The translations under genes were made by a program, and so were the position numbers. Below the pieces are notes generated by a model. The model made no database searches and had not been told where the DNA came from. It was given only the letters and a program-made list of their open reading frames with translations. Below, piece after piece: positions 39,170 through 49,760 of a DNA stretch of 64,000 nt (position 1 is the first letter of the stretch; the number at the start of each line of letters is the position of its first letter). The stretch lies in the NCBI GenBank assembly GCA_009103225.1, contig RHPI01002503.1, positions 935,585 through 999,584 on the forward strand. The letters run 5' to 3'. This stretch comes from Chlorokybus atmophyticus (Eukaryota; Plantae; Mesostigma and Chlorokybus algae).

Positions 39170-41210
39170 CTCAATGGCGCGAGAGTGGTCTCAACTTGCT
39201 GCTTGCTGACACAGGTGGTCCTGCAGTTGAAGCGGGACCGGTGCGACCTATTGCTGCAGGGTCGGTGACAGCAGTGGCTGTTGCCGGCGTGCTCAGCAGT
39301 GTTGGCGTTACGGCGCTCACTGGTATACCAACTTCTGGTAAAATTGGACTAGTTGCTACTGATGTTGACGGAGTCGACGTCGTAGCCGGTGTAACTGTTG
39401 CTGCTGGTGCTGCACCACTGGTGGCTTTAGAGGAGGTAGCTGCTGACGATGTTGCGGTTTCCCCTCGAACTTGTCGGGATGGTTGAACACGCGACGGAGT
39501 GCTGGTGTCTCTCGTGCCCTTTTTAGCCATCAGTGCCCACTGGGCAGAGTAACAGGCGCGGTAGTCCTGCTCCTTGTCTTCCTCCAAGCGTGCCATACGC
39601 GCCATGAGGGCAGCCACATGGTCATCAGCTAGCGGGTTGGCTGGAGCAACAGCAGCAGCGCGCGGACGTCCTTCCAGTCCCTTGCGCTGAGGAGGGTGAT
39701 TCTTCCCCCAATAGCCTTGCTCTTCCTTGCGAGCGTTGGCGTAGCTGTTGTTGTTGTTATGGCCTCCGGTGTGATTGCTGTTGTAGCCACCAGAGTTGTT
39801 GCCGTTGTGGCCGCTAGTGTTGTTGCTGTTGTAGCTGTTGACGGGTCTCAACTCAGGGAACTTGAGCCAGCAGACTCCAAGTAGTCTGTCTTGTGACAGT
39901 AGTCGCAGACCAGAGTTGAGTACTTTTTGGTGCACTCCTTTTTATAATGCCCATGCCGTCCACAGTGATGACACAGCACAGGGGCAGGCAAAGCCGTATG
40001 TGCTGACCGTTTCCCTTCATCGCGTGCTGGTGGAGCGTCCCGGCCACGTTCGCGGCGAGAAGGCTCAACAGTCGTGCTGGCTACAAGCCGTGAGGCGCTG
40101 CGGTTGGTGTCAAGCACTGCCTTCTCATATACCAAGCGCTTATGGATGGCTTGTGCAGTCTCAAAAGCTTCCTTGAGCGTGTAGCCAAGGGGCCTGCTGT
40201 AGTTCAGGGTCAGGCGCGTCGACTCGCTTAGGGTGGCATCCAACTCATTGACATATACCACTGCAGCAGCCTTGTCACTGACGATCTTGTAGTCAGTGTC
40301 CTTCAACAGACCTTCCGGTCTAGAGTACAGGCGTACAGGGTCCTCATTGGGCTTGCGTCAGAACCGCCTCAACTCCTCCACTTTGCTAGTGGTCTGCGGT
40401 GGGAAGGTGCGACGACGTGCAGCGTATAGATCCTTGAGTGGAGAGTCAGCGATGGCAGCACCTACAGTGATGGCTGGTGCGCGCAGTGCAACAAACCCGA
40501 GGGTGAAAGCACTGCCTCCCGCACGAGAGCCAGGTGTTGCCAAAGGTAGGGGTGTGCCCACCTCAACGGCTGCAGTTCGTTGTGCTTCAAGGATGGCAGC
40601 AGAACGCTCCAGAATCCGGGCCCGTCGCGTGGCCGTCTTGATCTCAATCTCTGCAGGGGTCAGGTTGACAATCACCAACTCAGGTTCCTCCTCTGCTCTG
40701 TTAATGGCTGCCGCTATGGACAACCCGGTGATTGCAGCCGGAGTGGCAGGTGGAAAGACGGCTGCTGGACTGTGCAGTGATGCAGATGCTATGGTACTAA
40801 CAAGCTCGCCATAACCATCAACTCAATGCAGCAACAGACTTTCAGACATCATGTGCTTCATGGTCCAGATATTGAGCAGCAATATAAAAAGAGATCTCAT
40901 CTGATAGTCTTTGTTCTTCAGAGCCTTCTGTCGCATCATGGAGTGGAACTTGATGATGGATTCCTCCAGCGAGGTAGTGCAAGCACGTCCGGAGAAGCGT
41001 AGGGACGTGGTTGAGCTGGAAAACTCCATCTCATAGTCGTCACTGTCGGATGAGAGTGGGGAAGCTCGATGCCGTGGAGTGGACAGGGACGGAGTACAGT
41101 TGGAGACAGAATGTGAGCCTCTGCTGCTACGATCGTTGCTCCCGTCGCTGGTCCGCTCGTAGATGAGGTTGGGAGTTAGGCTCCAGCTGCTGAGGTCACC
41201 CTCGTTCATT
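39170..41210 (-). pseudogene. Gag-like region with two CCHC zinc knuckles and Asn- and Ser/Thr-rich tracts
   Basis: CHHCGRHGHYKKEC and a frameshifted CDYCHKT...VCW; LRRF*RKPNEDP gag-like segment. Confidence 0.75.
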
Positions 41211-41324
41211 GGAGAGAACGGGGTGGGCCTGCTTATACAGCTAGTCCAAAGGTGAAAGTGTATGCAGGGTGGAGTGTTGTGCTCTACTGCCTGTCTCGAT
41301 GCCGCTACCACTCACCACACTAGT

Positions 41325-41851
41325 TGTAACGGGAGCAATAATAATAGGGGTATTATTGCTACCTGAATAACACATTTTGTATGAATAAGTATTTAAATAT
41401 GCTTATTTATACCTCTTTTCTACGGTTCCTCGCTTATTAAAGGCTATGATGCTTTATCATAGCTTAAATAAGTCCCAATGGGTGTAGAACCGCTTATTCA
41501 AGCCTATTTAGTGTCACATTTGATATAATGTGATCACTATCTCGTTAGGTACCTTACGATAGGTATCTTTGGATAGGTACCTTATCGATAGGTACCTTAT
41601 CTGAGCTGTGATTGGCTCACGCTAGATTTCCTAACCTACCCTATCTGTAGGGTCGATGTCTAGTTGTGAGTTAATTATCGAGAGTTATATAGTTGATATA
41701 CTCTTGATATAAAAGGTCACATCAATCTGATGTGGGGACTTTCAGTTCTCTGCTCAGTGGCGGCCACGCCGTTGAAAGGCTTGTCATAGGCGGTGTGGGT
41801 GTTGGGGTAGAGGATTGAAGGGGCATCACCGGCGACGGTGGTGCTGTTACA
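41325..41851 (+). repeat. 5' LTR of the chromovirus
   Basis: Matches 47855-48381 except 3 substitutions by manual alignment. Confidence 0.98.
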
Positions 41852-41866
41852 TTGGTATCCAGGAGC
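41852..41866 (+). promoter_or_regulatory. Primer-binding site (TTGGTATCCAGGAGC), partly like initiator tRNA-Met
   Basis: Directly after the 5' LTR; TGGTATC core. Confidence 0.7.
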
Positions 41867-42789
41867 TGGGGGGTGACGTGGGTACTTATAGGGGGCGGCG
41901 ACCTGCTTTCGGCCAATCAGAAGGCGTCGGCGGCGGCCTCCTATTCGTCCACGCAGCCCAAGCTTCAAGTTCGCTTCCCTGCGCTACCTCCACGTTGAAG
42001 CCACCTATCAAAGAGGCGGCCTCTCCACGTGTGAGGTACCATCACACGTCGGTGACTTGCCTGCTTGCCTGCTTGTCAGCTGCTTGCCAGGTGCTTGCCA
42101 GGTGCACGTGTGTACTTTCATGCACATCACACAGTGGCTTGCCAGTGCACTATCATTGCTTGCAGTGATTGCCTGTCATTGCATGCGGTGATTGCGGCTT
42201 GCTAGTGTGCCATCACTGTTTGTCACACTTAGTGCACTGTCATTGCTTGCAGTGATTGCCTGTCATTGCATGCGGTGATTGCTTGTCATTGTGCTTGCCA
42301 GTGCATGTCACAGTTAGTCACCGTGCGGCTTGCCTGTTGCATGCCTGTGGCTTGCCTGTTGCATGCCTGTGACGTACCTGTGACCTGCCAGCGGCTTTGC
42401 CGGGTCGTTTGACCCGGGTCCGTAAGTTCCAAACCAAACTGTTCCCAAACCCTCCCCCTCTGGCTTCGGCCTGGAGATCGGGACTTGGTTAGGACAGTTG
42501 TGGGGAGGTTCTAGGACAATCTGTTCCCAAACCCTGTTAGTCTGAAACCCTCCCCCTCTGGCTTCGGCCTGGAGATTGGGACTTGGTTGAGGACAACACA
42601 GGGTTAGGACATTCTGGTCCCACTCAGACTTGTTCTGTTTGGTGACACTCCAGATCCAACCTTTCCTATTTTGGGACTGGTTTGGACTCTGTTTGGGACT
42701 TTTACAACTTGGGGTCATTTTGATCCTCTCGTTAAACCTGGTCCATTGGTGAGGTTCTCACCATCCCATTCTGCCTGTTTTGCAGGCAA

Positions 42790-43975
42790 ATGGAAGAAAA
42801 CTCGGTGCCCACCTCAAAAGGGGAGAGCTCAGAAAAAGAGCAACTTTCCCGTGAGGAGGAATTTCCATCCATGGAAGATATTCCGAATCCGGATGATGCA
42901 CCTGATGAGTCTCAAGCTGCTAAAGCTGCGGAAGCTTCAGTGGATGATAGATCACCTTCCATATTCCCTGCGTTTTCTATTCGCATGACACAGCAGGACT
43001 TGATGGAGCATTTTCTTAGCACCTATGATCAGGACCCTCGTGAGGCAATTGTCTCATTCGTGAACTTTCTCTTCCTATTGGCAGAAAAAGTTTCAAAGCT
43101 CACCACCTTTATGGGGCGAGATTGGGAGGGGCAGATGGGTGAAGGCAAACGTGTTCTGAATATGATCGAGCGTCTGCAGCGTGCTGACGGTGGTCCACCT
43201 GTTCAAGCACTTGCTCGTCCTGCCGAGTTTGTTCCCAACAAGCAAGCGGCCATCTTCGACTGGCTTGTGAAGTTGCGACACTATGTCAACTCCCTTCACA
43301 TTTTTAAGGAGGGGAAATTGCGTGTAGCTGAGTTGCTGATCCCAAACGATGCTTTGGCAGAGTGGTACCGCCGTAAGCTACGGGATACCAACCTCGGGCG
43401 GGAAGTAAATCAGTTGTGCTTGTTCATGGAGCAGCGCTATGGTGGCGCAGATCCTGCCCAGGTTGCTCGCAACCAGCTGCACAACCTGCGTCAGAACGGG
43501 CGTCCGGTTCAGCAGTATATCCAGGATTTTCAGTCGTTTGTCAGCAAGATCAATGCTGGCAAACTACCTATCAGTGATGCTGATCAGCTGGATATGTTCA
43601 GGCGTGGCTTGGACACAGATCTCGTGCAGCATGTGGCCGTCAACCCCGCGAGTTTGCAAGAGTGGNTAAGAGAGGGCCTCGACGGATTTACCAATGCTGA
43701 TGCAGATGGTTGCTGCTGTGGACAGTGTAAAACGCTCTCACGCCAACATGCAAACCACGGCAAAAGAGGCAGCCCCGGTTTCAGCTGCAAAGCGCCCGGC
43801 CACTGGCAACAAACCTTTTGTGAAAAAGGCGAAACCATCTCATCCTGCTGGCCCCTACAATGCGGCCAAATCCATCATCACTTGCAGTTTCTGCAAGAAG
43901 ACAGGTCATGGGGAGGCTACGTGCTATGCAAAACAGAATGCACAGAAGGCCAAGCAGCAGAGAGAAAAGAAATAG
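42790..43975 (+). CDS. gag: Chromovirus gag; apparent frame change next to the N at 43666; ends at TAG 43973-43975
   Basis: ARNQLHNLRQNGRPVQQYIQDF retrotransposon-gag motif; CSFCKKTGHGEATC zinc knuckle in the post-N frame. Confidence 0.85.
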
Positions 43976-46900
43976 GAATTGTCCGTGGTTGGTAGCTTAG
44001 TCGAGCAGAACGACTTTAAAAACTCTGTACTTCTTGATAAAGTTTCCTCTCTTTGCGATGTATCAGATGTATGGACTGATATGAGCACACCACCTGTGTT
44101 GAGAAATGCAAACGGTTGTGTTTTAATCAATGTTCCATTCTCTGAATTAGTAACTGCTGTTAAGCACTTACACGAGTTGCAATTACAACATGCTATCACT
44201 GCATGTGTAGTTATCCCTCGATATCATGGCCCGTGGTCGCGATTGTTGAAAGGGGGAGAAGTAATCATGCAACTCTCACGCAAAGATACAGGAGCTTCAC
44301 CATTGCAAGTGATCTTTATCAAGTCTGCTACCAATCACGGCACTCCGATATTAGCTACATTTGATGGTCACTCAGTGCCACTCAAATGGAGATTTGAGAG
44401 TCAACTTATGGGTACACCATGTACAGCATTGATTGATACTGGTGCAAACCATAACTTTGTTGAACATGCTTGGGTGAAACGTAATAACATTCCTTTCACA
44501 CCAGTCACGTCATATGTACGTGCTGCTGGTTCCACTCTCAATGCAATGGGAGAGGTAAAAGGGCGTTTTGTTATTAATGGCCATATAACCCGACCAGCCT
44601 TCATCGTGGTGGATATTGGTATCCCCGGGGTGGATGTTGTTTTAGGGGAACAATGGCACACTGAAGCAGGTTTACAATTAGACTCTCGAGCCAATACGTG
44701 CACCCTTCGTAAAGGGAAACGTAGGATGACTTTAACAGCATCTGTACTCGCACGTATACCACGCGATAATGTTTCGCTCCTCTCTGCTATGCAATTGAAA
44801 CGTTGCATGCGTAAACGTGAGGAAGTATACTTACTGCACTTACGACAGGTGGAAACACCTGCTGAACAGGCTATCAGTGACCCTGTGGTGCAGTCACTTA
44901 CGGAACAATACGCAGATGTATTTCAGGATGAACTCCCAGAGTTGCCTCCCGATCGAAACATACATCATACCATTCCGTTAGAGGAGGGGGCAAAGCCACC
45001 TTGGCGGCCTATATACAGGCTAAGTCCCTTAGAACACGCGGAGATGGAAAAACAGCTCAAAGAGTTATTGGACAAAGGTTTAATAACAAAGAGCATATCT
45101 CCTTTTGGTGCACCAATTTTGTTTGTGCCCAAAAAGAATGGCAAGCTACGCATGTGTATTGATTACCGTGCGTTGAACAAGGTCACTGTGAAAAACAGAT
45201 ACCCTTTGCCTCGGATTGATGATTTGTTTGATAAGCTGTCAGGTGCAACAGTGTTCAGCACGCTGGATTTGACCAGTGGTTATCATCAAATCAAAATCCA
45301 CCCGTCGGATATACAAAAAACTGCATTTCGCACCCCACTAGGACACTTTGAGTATAAAGTGTTACCATTTGGGTTAACAAATGCACCGGCTACATTTCAG
45401 ACAGCAATGAACGCGGTATTTGCTGATGAATTGTACAAGTTTGTACTGGTATATCTAGACGACATTATTGTGTTCAGCAAAACCCGGGAGGACCACCACA
45501 GGCATGTGGAATTGGTTCTAGCTAAGTTACGCGAACACAAATTCTATGCCAACCTGTCCAAATGCAACTTTGCAAAGGATGAACTACCCTTTTTAGGGCA
45601 TGTGATTGGCAAAGAAGGATTGAAACCAGATCCTCAAAAGGTGTGTGCGGTAAAGGATTGGCCACCACCCAAGGATGTACATCAGTTACGTGCTTTCTTG
45701 GGGCTAGCCAATTATTTCCGCAAGTTCATGCGAGCATATTCTGGCATGGCAAACCCTTTAACATCTTTACTAAGAAAAGATGTTAAATTTGTGTGGACGG
45801 AGGCACACGAGGTTGCTTTTACACGCATTAAAGATGCATTAACACAAGCCCCTGTGTTAGCCTTCCCCGACCACACCAAGCCTTTTGTGGTGATCAGTGA
45901 TGCTTCCACCATTGGGTGTGGGGCAGTCCTTCTACAAGATGACAGACCATGTGCATATGAAAGCAGAAAGTTCATTCCTGCTGAACGTAATTACACAACC
46001 ACTGAGCAGGAATTGCTCGGGGTGGTGCACGCGCTGCGCACATGGCGTTGCTACTTGGAAGGGGTGGAGTTTTCAGTGATTACTGATCACAACCCGCTCA
46101 CATTCTTTCATACGCAACAAAATCTGTCGAGGCGGCAAGCTAGGTGGAATGAATTCATTTCTCGTTTCACTTTCACTTGGCAATACCGTCCGGGTCGCAC
46201 CAATGTGGCGGATCCACTAAGTCGCAGCCCTGCTCTTTTGGCACTTACGCGCTCTCGAAGTACGCGTAATGTACAACAGCCTGAAGATCCTTTCTTAAAG
46301 GAAGTGTCCGCAGGTTATAACTCAGATGATTGGTTTAGCAGTCAAACCAACTTGCAACAGCTTACTGCTGTTAGCAATCTGTGGTATAAAGGGGAGCAGT
46401 TGGCAATTCCCAACTCGGGCGACTTGCGTAAGCAATGCTTACATTCAGTGCATGACCCGCCGTATGCTGGGCATTTGGGGAAACACAAAACACTCAAATC
46501 TGCGCAACAGTTATACTGGTGGCCGTCAATGTCAGCTGACGTGGATCAATATGTTCGCACATGTGACGTGTGTCAACGTAATAAGCCACTACGACAAAAA
46601 CAAGCGGGATTGCTTAAACCATTGGCAATTCCAGAACAAAAGTGGGATAGTGTCAGTATGGATTTGATTACTGACCTACCTGAAACAGCAGCTAAATACA
46701 CTGCTATTGTGGTTTTTGTCGACCGTTTGACTAAAATGGTGCATTTTGCCCCGTGTTGCACAACTGTAAGTGCACGGGACTTGGCACACTTATTTGTGTC
46801 CACGGTCTTTCGCGTTCACGGTATACCGCGTGAACTTGTCACAGATCGTGATCCTCGTTTTGTCTCCAAGTTTTGGCGAGAAGTCTGTGAATTGTTGGGG

Positions 46901-47707
46901 GTAAAACAAAGCATGTCGACTGCTTTCCACCCGCAAACGGACGGTCAAACTGAGCGAGCAAATCAAATACTGGAAGAAATGCTTCGCCACTATGTGGCTC
47001 CTAATCATGCTGATTGGGACAGGTACTTGCCAATGGCAGAGTTCGCTGTGAACAACGCGTGGCAAGAAAGTGTAAAGGAAACCCCATTTTTCTTAAATTA
47101 TGGGATTCGCCCAAACACACCAGCGTCATTGCGTGTACCTCGCAATGCCCTGACTGTGCCAGCGGCAAAGGAATTTGCCACTAATATGCAAGAAAATTTG
47201 GCTCGAGCCAAGCTGTGTCTGTCAGAAGCACAGGACAGGCAAAAAGCTTATGCTGATACACATCGAAAAATGGCCACTTTCGATGTCGGCGATAAAGTTT
47301 TGCTTAATGCAAAAAACATAACCATCAAAGGTACGGGTGCTCGCAAGTTGCTGCCCCGATGGTTAGGTCCTTTCTCTATCACTGATAGAGTTGGTACGCA
47401 CGCTTATCGACTGCAATTGCCCCCAAGTGTGCGTATACACAACGTGTTTCATGTAAACTTGTTGAAACCTTACCGCTCAGACGGTAGAACACAGCCTCCA
47501 CCACCGCCAGTTGAGGTGGACAGCGAGCTCGAATACGAGGTGGAAGCTATATTGAACCATAAGCTAAATGGTCGAGGACGCGCAACTCGCTATTTGGTGA
47601 AATGGAAAGGGTATGGCCCGGAACATAACAGTTGGGAGCCCGACAGGCATCTTACGCACTGCCGCGAGTTGCTTCGAGCTTATTGGGATTCATGTCCTGT
47701 CCCATAA
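43976..47707 (+). CDS. pol: Chromovirus pol: MTase-like segment, protease, RT, RNase H, integrase, chromodomain
   Basis: LIDTGA, YLDD, SDAS, TDH, HDPPYAGH...CDVC, TDRDPRF, QTDGQTE, GPF, and YEVEAILNH...YLVKWKGYGPEHNSWEP. Confidence 0.98.
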   Translation, partial: ELSVVGSLVEQNDFKNSVLLDKVSSLCDVSDVWTDMSTPPVLRNANGCVLINVPFSELVTAVKHLHELQLQHAITACVVIPRYHGPWSRLLKGGEVIMQLSRKDTGASPLQVIFIKSATNHGTPILATFDGHSVPLKWRFESQLMGTPCTALIDTGANHNFVEHAWVKRNNIPFTPVTSYVRAAGSTLNAMGEVKGRFVINGHITRPAFIVVDIGIPGVDVVLGEQWHTEAGLQLDSRANTCTLRKGKRRMTLTASVLARIPRDNVSLLSAMQLKRCMRKREEVYLLHLRQVETPAEQAISDPVVQSLTEQYADVFQDELPELPPDRNIHHTIPLEEGAKPPWRPIYRLSPLEHAEMEKQLKELLDKGLITKSISPFGAPILFVPKKNGKLRMCIDYRALNKVTVKNRYPLPRIDDLFDKLSGATVFSTLDLTSGYHQIKIHPSDIQKTAFRTPLGHFEYKVLPFGLTNAPATFQTAMNAVFADELYKFVLVYLDDIIVFSKTREDHHRHVELVLAKLREHKFYANLSKCNFAKDELPFLGHVIGKEGLKPDPQKVCAVKDWPPPKDVHQLRAFLGLANYFRKFMRAYSGMANPLTSLLRKDVKFVWTEAHEVAFTRIKDALTQAPVLAFPDHTKPFVVISDASTIGCGAVLLQDDRPCAYESRKFIPAERNYTTTEQELLGVVHALRTWRCYLEGVEFSVITDHNPLTFFHTQQNLSRRQARWNEFISRFTFTWQYRPGRTNVADPLSRSPALLALTRSRSTRNVQQPEDPFLKEVSAGYNSDDWFSSQTNLQQLTAVSNLWYKGEQLAIPNSGDLRKQCLHSVHDPPYAGHLGKHKTLKSAQQLYWWPSMSADVDQYVRTCDVCQRNKPLRQKQAGLLKPLAIPEQKWDSVSMDLITDLPETAAKYTAIVVFVDRLTKMVHFAPCCTTVSARDLAHLFVSTVFRVHGIPRELVTDRDPRFVSKFWREVCELLGVKQSMSTAFHPQTDGQTERANQILEEMLRHYVAPNHADWDRYLPMAEFAVNNAWQESVKETPFFLNYGIRPNTPASLRVPRNALTVPAAKEFATNMQENLARAKLCLSEAQDRQKAYADTHRKMATFDVGDKVLLNAKNITIKGTGARKLLPRWLGPFSITDRVGTHAYRLQLPPSVRIHNVFHVNLLKPYRSDGRTQPPPPPVEVDSELEYEVEAILNHKLNGRGRATRYLVKWKGYGPEHNSWEPDRHLTHCRELLRAYWDSCPVP

Positions 47708-47841
47708 ACTGTGGGCTTGGTTTTATGACAGACTGGCAGTGCAGTTTCATTACCACCCTGTCATTTCCTGCTATCTCACTGGTTACAATTACTCGAAATC
47801 AAGCCTGATCAACTTGAGTTCAACGAGGACGTTGAAAACCT

Positions 47842-47854
47842 AAGTGGGGGGGAA
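47842..47854 (+). promoter_or_regulatory. Polypurine tract
   Basis: AAGTGGGGGGGAA directly before the 3' LTR. Confidence 0.9.
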
Positions 47855-48381
47855 TGTAACGGGAGCAATAATAATAGGGGTATTATTGCTACCTGAATAA
47901 CACATTTTGTATGAATAAGTATTTAAATATGCTTATTTATACCTCTTTTCTACGGTTCCTCGCTTATTAAAGGCTATGATGCTTTATCATAGCTTAAATA
48001 AGTCCCAATGGGTGTAGAACCGCTTATTCAAGCCTATTTAGTGTCACATTTGATATAATGTGATCACTATCTCGTTAGGTACCATACGATAGGTATCTTT
48101 GGATAGGTACCTTATCGATAGGTACCTTATCTGAGCTGTGATTGGCTCACGCTAGATTTCCTAACCTACCCTATCTGTAGGGTCAATGTCTAGTTGTGAG
48201 TTAATTATCGAGAGTTATATAGTTGATATACTCTTGATATAAAAGGTCACATCAATCTGATGTGGGGACTTTCAGTTCTCTGCTCAGTGGCGGCCACGCC
48301 GTCGAAAGGCTTGTCATAGGCGGTGTGGGTGTTGGGGTAGAGGATTGAAGGGGCATCACCGGCGACGGTGGTGCTGTTACA
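47855..48381 (+). repeat. 3' LTR of the chromovirus
   Basis: Matches the 5' LTR. Confidence 0.98.
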
Positions 48382-49009
48382 CTAGTGCTAGTGTGCGCAT
48401 TATGTAATGACAGGGATAACGAATGCACAGGAATGTGTCCCCAGATACAAACTGCACTATTCGATGCAGATTGCAACGCACTCCCTTGAGCAAAGAGGGT
48501 GACACTGTGAGTCAACAAGCCACTACCATAGGTAGTGCTGTTTCCACAGTTCTTTGCATGAGCGGACAATGTGTTACACTGTTAAGTGAGGTGAATGAGC
48601 AAGCAACACGTGGATAATATGCCCTGACTGATGCCAACAAACACACTGCAACCAGGCACACCAAGCTCACAGCAATGACAAGCACGATGCATACACAAGC
48701 ATGCACAGGCTCTCACACAGTGAAGGGGTTCTTGGTAACCGGGATGGCGTGTTCGCAAAGTACGTTGTTTCACAAGCTCTTAGCTTTTTCACTCACAATG
48801 TCACCAGCTGATCCGTTGAACACTGTAACTACTTATACAAGTTACATCATGACTTTAGAACATATGTTAACGGTCATATCGAGGCTATTTTCACAGCAAT
48901 TGTCACTCGATGTAGAACACAACTTATAACTGAACTCTAAATTGAACAGCTACGTGCGGTGCCTATGTAGGCTATAGTCGTGAGCTACTCTGGAGTTATG
49001 ACCTAGCTA

Positions 49010-49760
49010 TTGGTCAGTGACGCGCGCGCGTTGGTATGCTGGTAGGCCGGGCGATGGTTTCGATGTAGACATGCCCGATGAAGGCTGGTATGTGTGGGCA
49101 CTAGGCATGACAAAGTTTAGCTTTCTGGCCTTGCCCTTGTACTCCTTGCGCACGTACAATTGCCACTCTTCAATGGTTGCGGCATCTCTTAACATTGCAG
49201 CCACTCGGTTTAAGTATTTGCACATTTTCTTTCACAGAGGCTGGCAGTCAGTGCATACGGTAGCGAGGGACATCTTGCTGTTTTACCTACATACCTGATC
49301 TGCCCACAGAAACTCTTCCACCAAGTACTTGTAGGAAGCTTGTAGCTAGTCCTCAGTCTCCCGAGTGCAGTCTGGTATTCCTCAAACACTATGCCGGGCG
49401 GTTCGATAACCTCGCAAAACCTCCAAAATGCGTCTCTTAAGCCGAGTGTTGGTATTAAATCCGCAATCTGGACACGGGCTTGGTCGAGACACCAGCAGAG
49501 TGCATTGATAATATGCATAGTGTTTTGCAGCGTTGTTGCTCGCACCTTTTTTGCTTGTTTTATGGTTGCCTGCATGCCGTTGCGTAAAGCCTGTAAATCA
49601 TTGACTTGCTGCTATTGTTGTTGCATCTGATGCTGTGCGGCCAACATGTCGTGGTTGATCTTTGTCAGTTGCTGGTGCAGGTTGTTGATCGACTGTGTTG
49701 ATCTGCGTCTTGCAAGCTCTGTGTTAGGTGTGCGTGATCATTAATGGTCGTCTCGACGGT
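49010..49760 (-). pseudogene. Degenerate unknown ORF with a coiled-coil-like N-terminal part, probably TE-derived
   Basis: SINNLHQQLTKINHDMLAAQHQMQQQ*QQVNDLQALRNGMQATIKQAKK...RDAFWRFCEVIEPPG...EEWQLYVRKEYKG, with a stop and a frameshift. Confidence 0.35.

Larger units (their letters stand above)
31851..41319 (-). mobile_element. Decayed Ty3/gypsy LTR retrotransposon carrying a C5 cytosine methyltransferase (gag-PR-DNMT-RT-RNaseH-INT-PHD); LTRs not identified; 5' side interrupted by a chromovirus
   Basis: Domain order read from the minus-strand frames; many stops and frameshifts; PPT-like AGGGGGGG at 31851-31858 just after the pol stop. Confidence 0.9.
41325..48381 (+). mobile_element. Near-intact young Ty3/gypsy chromovirus
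   Basis: Two 527-bp LTRs (TGTAAC...GTTACA), 5-bp TSD CTAGT (41320-41324 and 48382-48386), PBS, PPT, gag and a 1242-codon open pol. Confidence 0.98.

Noticed and set aside
43660-43695. Programmed frameshift inside the chromovirus gag
   Set aside because: The frame change coincides with an N at 43666, so an assembly error is more likely.
31838-48523. Shared 14-mer AGTCAACAAGCCAC (about 31838 and 48510) as LTR starts of the DNMT element
   Set aside because: Similarity stops at 14 nt, and several such matches are expected by chance in 64 kb.
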